Assembly: GCA_043811375.1 (NCBI GenBank)
Contig: JBDRNJ010000024.1
Span: 54,869-118,868 of the forward strand
DNA from: a bacterium
GTDB lineage: Bacteria; Zixibacteria; MSB-5A5; GN15; FEB-12
Reading direction: 5' to 3'
DNA length: 64,000 bases
Shown here in pieces: positions 27,651 through 37,780 of this stretch (positions are counted from its first letter, which is position 1; every line of letters begins with the position of its first letter). The position numbers were made by a program, and so were the translations under genes. Under the pieces are notes generated by a model that was not told where the DNA came from, did not search any database, and saw only the letters and a list, made by a program, of their open reading frames with translations.

Positions 27651-28400
27651 CTATCTCAACTCACCGAGGAGATTCATTACCAGCCCGCAGGCGATCGGTC
27701 CGGCGGTTTCGGTGCGCAGGATTCTGTCTCCCAGTGATACCGTCTGAAATCCGGCCCGGATGGCCATCTGCGCCTCCTCCGAAGTGAATCCGGCTTCCGG
27801 CCCGACCAGCACGGTTACCCGCCTGACACTCCCGGAACCGGTTATTTCCCCCAGTGATCGTCCGTTATCACCGGGCTGAAAGATAAGTTGAAAACTCCCG
27901 GTGTCGGCCTGTCCGATGAAGTCGCTGTACATTGTCGGCGCCGCTATATCGGGACGGTAGCTGCGGCGGCACTGTTTGATCGCCGCCAGCGCCACCCGTT
28001 CCAGTCGCCGTGTTCGGGCGGCAATTCGTTTGTGGTCATCCAGTCTGACCCGCGATTTTTCAGTTATCACCGGCACAAACCGTTTCACTCCCAGCTCGGT
28101 ACCCGCCTGCACCACGGCATCGAATTTCCCGCCAACCGACAATCCCGCCGCCAGCGTCAGCACCACTGTCGGTTCTCCAAAACCGCGAATTTCGTGGTGC
28201 AGGTTGACTTTCACTTTCTTACGCCCGGCGATACCGGCTATCTCCCCACGATATGCAGTACCGACACCGTTGACCACTATCACGCGGTCACCGAGAGTCA
28301 GTCGCATAACCTTGAGACCATGATGGCTTTCGCGATCAGAAAGAAGCGCCAGGTTATCCTGTATCCGCTCCGGGGGACAATAGAAAATCGGCAGTCCCAT
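27651..28400 (-). CDS. rsmE: 16S rRNA m3U1498 methyltransferase
   Basis: H..KVMR, TELGV, A.KQC.R, GPEAGF and LG.RILRTETA motifs. Confidence 0.94.
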   Translation of the reverse strand: MGLPIFYCPPERIQDNLALLSDRESHHGLKVMRLTLGDRVIVVNGVGTAYRGEIAGIAGRKKVKVNLHHEIRGFGEPTVVLTLAAGLSVGGKFDAVVQAGTELGVKRFVPVITEKSRVRLDDHKRIAARTRRLERVALAAIKQCRRSYRPDIAAPTMYSDFIGQADTGSFQLIFQPGDNGRSLGEITGSGSVRRVTVLVGPEAGFTSEEAQMAIRAGFQTVSLGDRILRTETAGPIACGLVMNLLGELR

Positions 28401-28526
28401 ATTTCAACCTTATTGACGGAGTACGTCGACTATTCATTGTCGCACAGAATCCTGAAAGTAAGTGGCCGGGGGCTGCTAACCCTGACCTCAACGTAAGCAC
28501 GAGATTGGGAAGCATTCACGTCCGGC

Positions 28527-29684
28527 TCACACCCCCAGGGACTCTCGGAGCTTGTCGAAAAACGACTTGCTCGCCGGCGGCGGCTCGAATGATTCCGATC
28601 CGGATAATCGTTTGAGTAATATGCGGTCATCTTTTGATAGCTTGGTTGGTACCCAGACGACAATGCTGATCAGTTGATCTCCGTGGCCGGAATGATGTAA
28701 ACGAGGTATCCCGGCGCCGCGCAAACGAAACACTTTGCCCGGCTGCGTACCGGGTGGAATTTTGATTGACTGACTGCCGTTCAGCGTCGGCACCGAGACG
28801 GTCCCGCCGAGCGCAGCGATGGTAAACGAGATGGGCTGCTCGCAAATGATATTATCACCCCGCCGTGTGAAACGCTCGTGTTCAGTTTCCTCAAAAACCG
28901 CAATCAGGTCGCCGGGTTCGCCCCGGTGAGGAGCCGCATTACCCATATCATTGATGGTCATGTAATTGCCGCTGGAGACACCGGGTGGAATTTTAATCTG
29001 GACCGTGCTGGTGCCGTGCACCCGGCCTTCGCCGCCGCACTGGAGACAGGGATCGGCGATGACTTCACCTGCGCCGCGACAGACATTGCAGGTGGTTACC
29101 TGCTGAACGGTACCCAGAAAGGTTCGCGTCAGCGTACGCACTTGTCCGGCACCTTTGCACTGGGAACATGTTCGCCGCGATGATCCGGCGGCAACTCCCG
29201 AACCACCGCAACCGTCACAGTTTATCAGCCGTTTGACCCGAACCGATTTCTCCACCCCGGTAGCTATCTCTTCCAGAGTGAGCTTAATCCTGAGGCGCAG
29301 GTCTTCTCCCCGACTGCGCCGATGACGACCGCCGCCGCCCATGCCGAAGAAATCATCAAAAACGGATCCGCCGCCAAAGTCACGCATGAAGGCCCGCAAC
29401 GCGTCTCCGAGATCAAAGCTCTCAAAACCGCCAAAACCGAATCCGGCCCCGCCCCGCTGAGAGACACCGGCGTGACCGAACTGGTCGTAGGCCTGACGTT
29501 TTTGCGGATCCTTGAGAACCTCGTAAGCCTCTGTGGCTTCCTTGAATTTCTCCTCAGCCTGCTGGTTGCCCGGGTTACGGTCGGGATGATACTGCATGGC
29601 CTGCTTGCGATAAGCCGACTTGACCTGCTGTTCATCGGCACCCCGGTCGACCCCGAGGACTTCATAGTAGTCACGCTTGGTCAT
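28527..29684 (-). CDS. dnaJ: Chaperone DnaJ
   Basis: J domain with HPD, G/F-rich region and four CxxCxGxG repeats. Confidence 0.98.
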   Translation of the reverse strand: MTKRDYYEVLGVDRGADEQQVKSAYRKQAMQYHPDRNPGNQQAEEKFKEATEAYEVLKDPQKRQAYDQFGHAGVSQRGGAGFGFGGFESFDLGDALRAFMRDFGGGSVFDDFFGMGGGGRHRRSRGEDLRLRIKLTLEEIATGVEKSVRVKRLINCDGCGGSGVAAGSSRRTCSQCKGAGQVRTLTRTFLGTVQQVTTCNVCRGAGEVIADPCLQCGGEGRVHGTSTVQIKIPPGVSSGNYMTINDMGNAAPHRGEPGDLIAVFEETEHERFTRRGDNIICEQPISFTIAALGGTVSVPTLNGSQSIKIPPGTQPGKVFRLRGAGIPRLHHSGHGDQLISIVVWVPTKLSKDDRILLKRLSGSESFEPPPASKSFFDKLRESLGV

Positions 29685-29765
29685 TAAATCCCACCTGATA
29701 ATCGCACCGGACTCACCCGAAAACGGTCACACAGCATTGATCTGCACTCTCCACGGGGATACGAC

Positions 29766-29810
29766 TGCCACTTAAACGTGGCTTGCCACCTAAACGTGGC
29801 CTGCCACCTA
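29766..29810. repeat. 2.5 x 18-bp tandem palindromic repeat at the dnaK stop
   Basis: TGCCACYTAAACGTGGCY twice plus TGCCACCTA. Each unit is a GCCAC...GTGGC hairpin. Confidence 0.8.
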
Positions 29811-31751
29811 CTTCTTGTCGTCGTCGACAACCTCGAAATCGGCATCAACGGCGCCATCCTTCTTATCCTGACCAGCCTCTCCCCCGGCTTCACCGGTTGC
29901 TCCTGTTTCCGGCGTGGGATCACCAGCGGCACCCGCCTGGGCACCGGCCGCTTGCGCTTGTTTGTACATCTCTTCGGCCAGCTTGTGTGAAGCTGTCGTC
30001 AAAGCCTCACGGGCAGTGTTGATCGCCTCCAGAGATTCACTTTCAAGGACCTTCCTCATGTTGTCGATCGCTTCCTCGATATTCTTTTTCTCGCCCTCGC
30101 CGATCTTGTCACCATGCTCCTTGAGTGTCTTTTCAGTAGCGTACACCAGTTGATCGGCCTCGTTGCGGGCTTTGATCAATTCGCCTTTCTTCTTGTCTTC
30201 CTCGTGGAACTGTTCCCCATCCTTGACTATTTTATCGATTTCCTGGTCGCTCAGACCGGAGGAAACCTCGATCTTTATCGACTGCTCCTTGCCGGTGGCC
30301 AGGTCCTTGGCGCTGACGTGCACGATACCGTTGGCATCGATGTCAAAACTGACCTCAATCTGAGGAACCCCGCGCGGAGCCGGCGGGATACCGACCAGGT
30401 CGAACCGTCCCAGGGTGCGATTATCGATAGCCATCTGCCGTTCGCCCTGCAGGACGTGAATCGAAACCGCTGGCTGGTTGTCATCGGCCGTTGAGAAAAT
30501 TTGCGATTTCTTGGTCGGGATAGTAGTGTTGCGGTCAATCAGCCGGGTCAGAACTCCGCCTAAAGTCTCGATACCCAGCGAAAGCGGCGTAACGTCCAGA
30601 AGCACGATATCCTTCATTTCACCTGACAGAACACCACCCTGAATGGCCGCCCCGATAGCCACCACCTCGTCCGGGTTGACACCCTTGTGCGGTTCCCTGC
30701 CGAACAGTTCCTTGGCCAGTTCGATCACCTGGGGCATCCGTGTCATACCGCCCACCATGACCACCTCGTCGATATCGGACATCGACAGCTTGGCGTCCGC
30801 CAAGGCCGCCTTGCACGGCTTCACCGTGCGCTGGATGAGATGATCGGTGAGTTGTTCCAGTTTTGACCGTGACAGTGTCAGGTCAAGATGTTTCGGACCC
30901 GACTGATCGGCCGTTACGAAGGGCAGATTGATATTGGTTTGCAGGGTGCTGGACAGTTCGACCTTGGCTCTCTCCGCTGCTTCCTTCAGCCGCTGCAGGG
31001 CCATGCGATCTTTACGCAGATCAATCCCCTGGGACTTGAGGAATTCCTCGGCTATCCAGTCAATAATAGCCTGGTCGAAATCATCACCGCCCAGGTGGGT
31101 GTCACCGTTGGTTGAGCGAACCTCAAAAACACCATCGCCGATTTCCAGAATTGAGACGTCAAAGGTGCCGCCGCCCAGATCAAACACTGCTATCTTGGAG
31201 TTGCCCTTTTTCTCCAGACCGTAAGCCAGCGAGGCCGCGGTCGGTTCGTTAATGATACGCAGCACCTCCAGCCCGGCGATCTTCCCGGCATCCTTGGTCG
31301 CCTGCCGCTGCGAATCGTTAAAATAGGCCGGGACAGTCACTACCGCCTGCTTCACCTCCTGCCCCAGATAGCTCTCGGCCGCCTGCTTCAGCGAATGCAG
31401 CACCATCGCCGATATTTCCGGCGGTGAGTAGGTCTTGCCCTGGATATCAACCAGCACCGCCCCTTTATCATTCTGTGTGACCGTGTAAGGGACGATTTTC
31501 TCTTCCGACGATACTTCGCTGACCAGTCGACCCATAAAACGCTTGATGGAAAACACCGTGTTCTCCGGATTGGTCACCGCCTGTCTCTTGGCGGCCGCAC
31601 CCACCAGCCGCTCACCATCTTTGGCAAAAGCCACCACCGACGGCGTCGTGCGAGCGCCTTCCTGGTTCGGAATGACCGTGGCATCCTTCCCCTCCAGAAC
31701 CGCCACACACGAGTTGGTCGTGCCCAGATCAATACCGATTACTTTTCCCAT
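29808..31751 (-). CDS. dnaK: Chaperone DnaK (Hsp70)
   Basis: [17 protein letters not shown] and DLGGGTFD motifs, C-terminal DADFE. Confidence 0.99.
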   Translation of the reverse strand: MGKVIGIDLGTTNSCVAVLEGKDATVIPNQEGARTTPSVVAFAKDGERLVGAAAKRQAVTNPENTVFSIKRFMGRLVSEVSSEEKIVPYTVTQNDKGAVLVDIQGKTYSPPEISAMVLHSLKQAAESYLGQEVKQAVVTVPAYFNDSQRQATKDAGKIAGLEVLRIINEPTAASLAYGLEKKGNSKIAVFDLGGGTFDVSILEIGDGVFEVRSTNGDTHLGGDDFDQAIIDWIAEEFLKSQGIDLRKDRMALQRLKEAAERAKVELSSTLQTNINLPFVTADQSGPKHLDLTLSRSKLEQLTDHLIQRTVKPCKAALADAKLSMSDIDEVVMVGGMTRMPQVIELAKELFGREPHKGVNPDEVVAIGAAIQGGVLSGEMKDIVLLDVTPLSLGIETLGGVLTRLIDRNTTIPTKKSQIFSTADDNQPAVSIHVLQGERQMAIDNRTLGRFDLVGIPPAPRGVPQIEVSFDIDANGIVHVSAKDLATGKEQSIKIEVSSGLSDQEIDKIVKDGEQFHEEDKKKGELIKARNEADQLVYATEKTLKEHGDKIGEGEKKNIEEAIDNMRKVLESESLEAINTAREALTTASHKLAEEMYKQAQAAGAQAGAAGDPTPETGATGEAGGEAGQDKKDGAVDADFEVVDDDKK

Positions 31752-31835
31752 AACAAAACGCTCCTTCTATTGACAGAGAACTCTGCTTTCGTACAAAATC
31801 GACAATACCTATACCGGTCGCGATGCCTACTCCAC

Positions 31836-32498
31836 TCAGTTGTCACCACTGTCGTCCTTCTCATCAGACTCCTCCGGCGAATTCATTACCTTACCCTTGC
31901 TGACTCCCACCTTGCTGTGGCGCAACACCCGGTCGCCCTGCCGGTAGCCCTTGTTTATCTCGATGGCGATCACGTCCTCGGCGAATTCATCGGACCCCAC
32001 CTGCATCATGGCTTCGTGCAAACCGGGGTCAAACGGCCGGCCGACCGCTTCAATCGGCTCGATATTAAACCGACCCAGCAGACCGGTCAACTGCTGGTAG
32101 ATCATCTCCACACCGTCACGAAAAGCGGCGGTGTCATCGTGCTCATTGTCGTGCTGCCGGGCTCGTTCAAAACTGTCGATTACATGCAGCAACTCCTGGA
32201 AAATACCGTCATTGGCAACGCGAATCACATCGTCATACTGACGGATCAGGCGCTTCTTGTAATTGTCAAACTCCGCCGCCGAGCGCAGCAGTTTATCTTC
32301 CAGTTCCACCACGCGCGAGCGGAGCTTTTCTTCTTCGGACAACTCCTCCTGTACGGGGATCTGGTCGTTATCGGCAGCGTCCGTCACCTCGTCGTCCGGT
32401 GTCTCGCATGTTGGACACTCTTCATCACGATCGACTTTCTCCTGCTGAGGGTCGTGATTTTCCTCTATGTCCGCGCGGTTTGTTTTTCTCCTGGACAT
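31836..32498 (-). CDS. grpE: Nucleotide exchange factor GrpE
   Basis: R..AEFDNYKKR, FDP.LHEA and KGY....RVLR.S.V.V motifs. Confidence 0.96.
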   Translation of the reverse strand: MSRRKTNRADIEENHDPQQEKVDRDEECPTCETPDDEVTDAADNDQIPVQEELSEEEKLRSRVVELEDKLLRSAAEFDNYKKRLIRQYDDVIRVANDGIFQELLHVIDSFERARQHDNEHDDTAAFRDGVEMIYQQLTGLLGRFNIEPIEAVGRPFDPGLHEAMMQVGSDEFAEDVIAIEINKGYRQGDRVLRHSKVGVSKGKVMNSPEESDEKDDSGDN

Positions 32499-32501
32499 CG
32501 T

Positions 32502-33548
32502 CTATGTTTCCCTCTTTCTACCCATGCCCGACAGCACTTCTGTAATCGTCCGGGCGGTGTGTTTAACAACCGACACCAGCTTGTTGTACGGCATCCGGGT
32601 GGGTCCGATAATCCCGATAGTACCGGAAATCCTGCCCACTCGATAAGAGGACGTCACCAGCGAACAGTTCATAATGTCACTGAAGCGGTTCTCTCGGCCG
32701 ATCGTGATCACCAGCCCCTCATCCTGCGTACTGCCGAGAAACTCCGACAGAACCTTACCGTCCTCCAGCATCTTCACCAGCCCCGATATCCGATCCATAT
32801 CCGCAAACTCCGGCTGCAGCAACAGATTGTCCACGCCGGCCAGATGAATATCCTCCGACCGTTCTTCGGTCCAGATTTTATCTTTGGAATCGACAATCAA
32901 ATGTACCAGCCGACCGTGACCGGAAACATCCCGCAGCCGACTGGAAACGGTGTCCCTGATGTGTCCCAGCGTCAATCCGACCAGGCGCTCATTGAGCACC
33001 GTCTCAACTTCGCGCAAATCCTTTTCAGAAATAGCCGACTCCACCTCCAGAATGACACTGCGCGCCAGTCCGGACTGGACCACCACCACTACCATGATAC
33101 CGCCCTCTGATACCGGTATCAACTCCAGCCGCCTCAGGATCCCCTCGTCGAACCTGGGTGCGATACTGACACCCAACTGGTGCGTAATATCACCCAGTAC
33201 CTTGCACGTCTGGCCCAGAATCTCCTTGAGACCGCGACCCTCTTTTAAGATAGCATCACTGATGGCATCCTTCTCACCCGGCGTCAAATCCTCCGGTCGC
33301 AGCAGGTAGTCGACATAAACACGATACCCCAGATCAGTCGGGACGCGTCCGGCCGAAGTGTGCGGCTGCAGCACCAACCCCATTTCCTCCAGGTCCTGAA
33401 GAGTGTTGCGAATAGTCGCCGATGATATCCCCATACGAAACTTGTTGGCAATCACCCGCGATCCGACCGGGTCAGCCGACTGAATGTAATAGTCAATCAG
33501 ATTGTACAGTATCTGCTTTTCGCGGTCGCTCAGATTCTCAAACGCCAT
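32502..33548 (-). CDS. hrcA: Heat-inducible transcription repressor HrcA
   Basis: PVGS, SSATIRN, QPHTSAGRVPT..GYR.YVD and IGPTRM.Y motifs. Confidence 0.97.
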   Translation of the reverse strand: MAFENLSDREKQILYNLIDYYIQSADPVGSRVIANKFRMGISSATIRNTLQDLEEMGLVLQPHTSAGRVPTDLGYRVYVDYLLRPEDLTPGEKDAISDAILKEGRGLKEILGQTCKVLGDITHQLGVSIAPRFDEGILRRLELIPVSEGGIMVVVVVQSGLARSVILEVESAISEKDLREVETVLNERLVGLTLGHIRDTVSSRLRDVSGHGRLVHLIVDSKDKIWTEERSEDIHLAGVDNLLLQPEFADMDRISGLVKMLEDGKVLSEFLGSTQDEGLVITIGRENRFSDIMNCSLVTSSYRVGRISGTIGIIGPTRMPYNKLVSVVKHTARTITEVLSGMGRKRET

Positions 33549-33669
33549 AACGACTTATCTTTGCTTTGTGCGTAACTGCCATTATGACAGTCATTGTGTC
33601 AGTCCGCTTACTAATTAATGGATTTTCAATGCATAGTCAAGCTAAAGTGGCAACTGTACTCATTTTTTC

Positions 33670-34434
33670 ATGTGCCGGGTGATCTCGACAATTGATCTTT
33701 TATCATCGGAAAATTATATTGTACACATGGGTTGTTTCCGTCGAGCATTTCAGCACGGCGAAGGCAGATATAGAAGACTTCTTTTGATCGTTCTTATCAT
33801 CAGCAACTGTCTCATGGCCGGCAGTGCCACCGCACGTCGTCAGCGCGACGAATCTGATCGCAAAGACAGGAGTTGCAACTGTTTCCGTGGTCGATCCAAG
33901 CCGCAGTGCACCTCGTTCTGGCTTACCGAATTTGGATATCTGTCACGTATGACAGCTTCCCGTCCCTATACGCACAACCGGGAAACGCTGGTAACGTGGG
34001 AGTTGGGATACATGCGGAACCTGGGGAACCGCCATGCTTTCGGCTGGACAATATTCATTCATTCTGGAGACGACCTCCCCTACCGCCTGGGAATAAAACC
34101 TCGCTACCGACGCTGGCTGGCGCGTGAGATCGGGCTTGATATCTCAGCCGGCATCGCCTTTTCCGGCAGCAATCCACAGGTAATACCGGCATATATCGCG
34201 CAGACCGGTCTCAGTATTGGCGATTGGTGCTCGCTGACGGCAATCGTGGAAGTGATACCGTGGGAGAAACGGTTTGTCACTTGCTCAAGCGGCGGCGACC
34301 AGAAGGGCACCGAGGTGTCCAGTTATGTCGGCATTAATCTGGGTTCCTATCCGGGGACGATACTGACCGTTGCGGTATTTGTCGCCGGTATCATCTCTGC
34401 CGGCTCGATGGAGATGGGCACCGGGGGCTGGTGA
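33670..34434 (+). CDS. Hypothetical exported, possibly outer-membrane beta-strand protein
   Basis: Signal-like segment, 'CFRGR..P.C.SFWLTEFG', alternating beta-strand pattern and a hydrophobic C-terminus. Start may be 33727. Confidence 0.6.
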   Translation: MCRVISTIDLLSSENYIVHMGCFRRAFQHGEGRYRRLLLIVLIISNCLMAGSATARRQRDESDRKDRSCNCFRGRSKPQCTSFWLTEFGYLSRMTASRPYTHNRETLVTWELGYMRNLGNRHAFGWTIFIHSGDDLPYRLGIKPRYRRWLAREIGLDISAGIAFSGSNPQVIPAYIAQTGLSIGDWCSLTAIVEVIPWEKRFVTCSSGGDQKGTEVSSYVGINLGSYPGTILTVAVFVAGIISAGSMEMGTGGW

Positions 34435-34465
34435 GAAGCACGCACAGACAAATCGCTCCCCCATA

Positions 34466-34500
34466 ACAAAAACGGCCACTCTCGTAAAAGAGCGGCCGTT
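34466..34500. terminator. Intrinsic terminator between convergent genes
   Basis: AACGGCC.CTCT-loop-AGAG.GGCCGTT preceded by an A tract, which is the U tract on the minus strand. Confidence 0.65.
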
Positions 34501-34539
34501 AAGTTGCTTCAGACACTGTCTGCTATAAAGCAGGACCTC

Positions 34540-35187
34540 CTAATGCTTTTTACCCTTACCCTTGCTTTTGGGTTCCTCTTTTTCTTCCTGTGCGACCAGT
34601 TTTTTCGAGGCTTTTTTCGCCTTACCCCGGTTCTTTTTCACCTCGGAGTTGATCGCGATAAAGCTCTTGCCTTTCTCGCGCATGGTAATGACCTCGTCAG
34701 CCGAGTATCCGTAATGCTCGGAGATGAACCTCAGGTTGACGAAATTAACCACTTCGACGTCGGTGAACCGTATTGCTCCCCAGTCGGCCTTTTTGTGCTT
34801 CTTGAAATGTCCGTAAGCCTTGCCGTATGGCGGACCGGGGGCTCGCTTAACCGGCACATAGAATATCTCGGCGGTCAGACCGAAACGAGCCGTTATCTCC
34901 ATCCAGGTCCTGCCGCCCAACCGGAGCTTGATAATGACATCGGGAGCCACTCCGGCTTGCTGAGCCAGGAAGAAAACCACCGGCAACTCTTCGTCGGGCA
35001 CTTTACGTTCCCGAACCACGATCACTTGCTTTTCGGGCACCTTGTAATGTTCCCCGATAGCCAGGTAGAATCCCTTGATGCCGTCCTCCTCGATCGACAC
35101 GCCGATATCGACACCGGCCCGGCACTGGTTGGCTGCCGGCCAACAGATGAACAGGGTGACGGCGACAAAAATTGCAATTGCGCGCAT
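34540..35187 (-). CDS. Hypothetical secreted protein (PPYGKAYGH motif, Lys-rich tail)
   Basis: GGAGG RBS, signal peptide and two related helical repeats (V..LR..G..W.EI; VI.MR.KG..F). Confidence 0.75.
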   Translation of the reverse strand: MRAIAIFVAVTLFICWPAANQCRAGVDIGVSIEEDGIKGFYLAIGEHYKVPEKQVIVVRERKVPDEELPVVFFLAQQAGVAPDVIIKLRLGGRTWMEITARFGLTAEIFYVPVKRAPGPPYGKAYGHFKKHKKADWGAIRFTDVEVVNFVNLRFISEHYGYSADEVITMREKGKSFIAINSEVKKNRGKAKKASKKLVAQEEKEEPKSKGKGKKH

Positions 35188-35326
35188 ATAGCACCTCCGC
35201 ATTAGTTGACGATTCCCGGCGGATTCCCCGATTAAGGCTGGAGAAACCCTCAGTTACATATTATCGGAAAGATAAGGGGAGATATTGAGAGGTAGTATTA
35301 ATTGATTACCCTGCAACCAGGTATAC

Positions 35327-35776
35327 CTATCTCCCTAAGGAGAATTCGACCGGGTACGTCACCCAGACTTTGATCGGTTTGCCTTCCTGTATACCGGGCG
35401 TGAACTTGTTCTTATAGGCAGCTTTCGTAGCAGCCTCATCAAGAGAAACTGTGCCGGATGACCTGGCCACGATTGCCTTGAGGACCTTGCCCGCCTCGTC
35501 AATCAGAACCCGTACCTGGACAGTTCCGGTAATACCGGCCTGCATCGCCAAACGCGGATAGTCCGGCCTGTGTTTATATACCATTTCCGGATGAACCTCA
35601 ACCGGTACCAGTGTATTCGATACCGTAGAGCTTTCGGCCGGTTTGACATCGGTAACAGTCAGGTCGCTCGGTGGTAGTTCCTCACCGACCCTGATATTTC
35701 CGCACGAGGCAAGTGCCAGAATGACCACTACCGTACCGCATACCAGCAAACTTTGCTTCACTAATAATCCCCTCAC
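35327..35776 (-). CDS. TonB C-terminal domain lipoprotein
   Basis: Lipobox LASC, then P.YP..A...GI.G.V.V..LIDE.G.V, LDEAA and F.P motifs. Confidence 0.85.
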   Translation of the reverse strand: MRGLLVKQSLLVCGTVVVILALASCGNIRVGEELPPSDLTVTDVKPAESSTVSNTLVPVEVHPEMVYKHRPDYPRLAMQAGITGTVQVRVLIDEAGKVLKAIVARSSGTVSLDEAATKAAYKNKFTPGIQEGKPIKVWVTYPVEFSLGR

Positions 35777-35789
35777 ACCCAGCTATAGA

Positions 35790-36104
35790 TTATTTTTTCT
35801 TCTCGTCCTTCTTTTTGGACTCCGTGGCCGTTTTCGCAGTCGGCTTGGCTTTCAGGCTTTCCCGACGGTCGTCGATACCGTTTTTGTTCTTGTCGATAAA
35901 GCTATCGAACTTCTTGCCCTTGAGCGTGGCTGATTTCTTTTCCCCCTTGGGGGGAACCTTGACGCTCTTGACCGTCACCGGTTCCTTCTTCGTCACTACC
36001 TGCTTTTTGACGGTCTTCTTGTCTTTCTTCTCTACCGCCATCCCCGTCGGCCCGACAGAAACAAGGAACACACCACACACCAGATAAACTAACAGCTTTT
36101 TCAT
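35790..36104 (-). CDS. Small Lys-rich secreted protein with a DxNxNGxDD Ca-binding-like loop
   Basis: Signal peptide and FIDKNKNGIDDR. Confidence 0.7.
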   Translation of the reverse strand: MKKLLVYLVCGVFLVSVGPTGMAVEKKDKKTVKKQVVTKKEPVTVKSVKVPPKGEKKSATLKGKKFDSFIDKNKNGIDDRRESLKAKPTAKTATESKKKDEKKK

Positions 36105-36179
36105 CTCTTTAACTCCCGCAACCTATCGCCACAATATAAAACCATCGTTGACGGATTGTCACTATCTAATTCCCTTGCC

Positions 36180-37760
36180 TCACGGTTTCTTACCGCCACT
36201 CTTTGATGAACTCTTTTGGGTGGTAGTCGACTTACCTCCTGATGGAGAAGCGGCCTTGCCGGATGATTTTGAGCCGCTTTGCTGCTTGACCGTAGTGCGA
36301 CCCTGGGCCGGGCTGCCCGACTTCGGCTGCGAACCAGATTTGCCGGCATCATACGACTCGCCTGACTTCGTCTGATTGCCTGATGACTTCACTTTCGACG
36401 ACTGGATAGTGGTGGTCGACTTCTTCTGAGGCGTCGATCCCGACTTCTTCTGGTAATAGCCGCTGGAACCGCCCTTGTCCTTGCTGCCACCTGGGTCACT
36501 GCTGCGGTAGCCCTGGTCAGCCTTGGTAGTCGTTGTCTTGCGGTCAACTACTGAGGATTCGCGCGACTGGGACGATTTGGTCTCTGACATGGTCGTACCG
36601 CTCTTTTCGATCGGGGTCGACTGGGTACTGCCACGTGACTTCTGTGACTGGCTGGACTTTCCATAAATCGATCCGTTCGTCTCCAGACCGCGATCCGTTT
36701 TTACCAGTTTACTCTCACCCCGTTCGTGCTTCTTGGCGCCGGTTTTGATCGTGCGTGTCTCCTTGGTTCGGCCGTCACCATCGTCCACAATCGTTTTCGT
36801 CGTAATTGATGCGTTTTTGACAATTGTCTTGCGCTTTTTCTCGAAATTCGGGTAACCGTTAACCTCCGGGTTACGGTAACCGGCGTAGCGGACCTCCTTG
36901 TACTTGGACCTCACGTTGGGCCTTGGCTGCACCACCTCGTGATCCAGCACCACCGTATGGTAACGGGTAATGTGCACGTCGGACTCCCAACAGTACCCCC
37001 AGTTGTCATAGATACTCATCGTGTGCCAGCCGACATAAATACGCGGCACATACAACGGGGCACACCCCCAGTAAATACCGTCGATATACACCGACGCCCC
37101 GATAGGATAGTCAAAGTAGACGTTGCCGCAGACAGTCCACGGGTAGTAGCTCGGGGAATACACCGAACGGAAATATTGCGGTTCCCACTCATCAATAATA
37201 ACGGCCGTCCGGTCATAGGCAAAGCGCTGACCGTCGTAACGAACGAAGTACTTGTTGTTCAGGTTATCCATGAAATCATGACGGTCATCCCAGTCACAAC
37301 TGAGACCCGAAACGGGATACCAGTCGGGTATCGGGAAACGTTCCCGGGAGGCGATGATCTGGATATTCTCGACCCCTTCCGGACCGGTAACGACCAGATC
37401 ATAATCATCCTGCCCATCGGGCAGACGATAGGTGGCGCCACCGCGAACAAAATTATCCCGGCTCCGATCTGCTGGAAACAACAGGTTGACACGACCGCGG
37501 GTATCGATGGAGTAGATGACTACAAAGGCATCCCGACTAACACGGAATGAAATCACGATGTTGTCCCCTTCGTAGTACTCGCCGTCGGAATGATTGGTCC
37601 ACACCTCCACGTCCAGATAACGGTCAATCCTGTTGCGGTCGGCGTCACGGTAATCGTTATCGCCATAGTCGGGTGTGATGTTCTGCGCCGGCACACCGGC
37701 TGTCACGACCATAATGGCCGCCACGGCAGCCATCGCCATTTTCAAAGTACGTTTAATCAT
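36180..37760 (-). CDS. DUF4384 domain secreted protein with a PEGA-like segment and S/K/G low-complexity tail
   Basis: LDVEVWTN...Y.EGD.I...F....DA.V.IY.ID..G.V.LLFP, GP.G.E and P.GA.VYIDG motifs. Start could be 37784. Confidence 0.75.
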   Translation of the reverse strand: MIKRTLKMAMAAVAAIMVVTAGVPAQNITPDYGDNDYRDADRNRIDRYLDVEVWTNHSDGEYYEGDNIVISFRVSRDAFVVIYSIDTRGRVNLLFPADRSRDNFVRGGATYRLPDGQDDYDLVVTGPEGVENIQIIASRERFPIPDWYPVSGLSCDWDDRHDFMDNLNNKYFVRYDGQRFAYDRTAVIIDEWEPQYFRSVYSPSYYPWTVCGNVYFDYPIGASVYIDGIYWGCAPLYVPRIYVGWHTMSIYDNWGYCWESDVHITRYHTVVLDHEVVQPRPNVRSKYKEVRYAGYRNPEVNGYPNFEKKRKTIVKNASITTKTIVDDGDGRTKETRTIKTGAKKHERGESKLVKTDRGLETNGSIYGKSSQSQKSRGSTQSTPIEKSGTTMSETKSSQSRESSVVDRKTTTTKADQGYRSSDPGGSKDKGGSSGYYQKKSGSTPQKKSTTTIQSSKVKSSGNQTKSGESYDAGKSGSQPKSGSPAQGRTTVKQQSGSKSSGKAASPSGGKSTTTQKSSSKSGGKKP

Positions 37761-37780
37761 GGTACTGTCCTCACTTTCCG

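Noticed and set aside
29766..29810. Possible mini-CRISPR
   Set aside because: The 18-bp units are contiguous with no spacers, and there are no cas genes.
31770..33110. 446-aa plus-strand ORF
   Set aside because: It lies antisense to grpE/hrcA with no recognisable motifs. It is a codon-bias shadow, as are 7810-8649, 15276-16034, 39570-40352 and 44824-45819.
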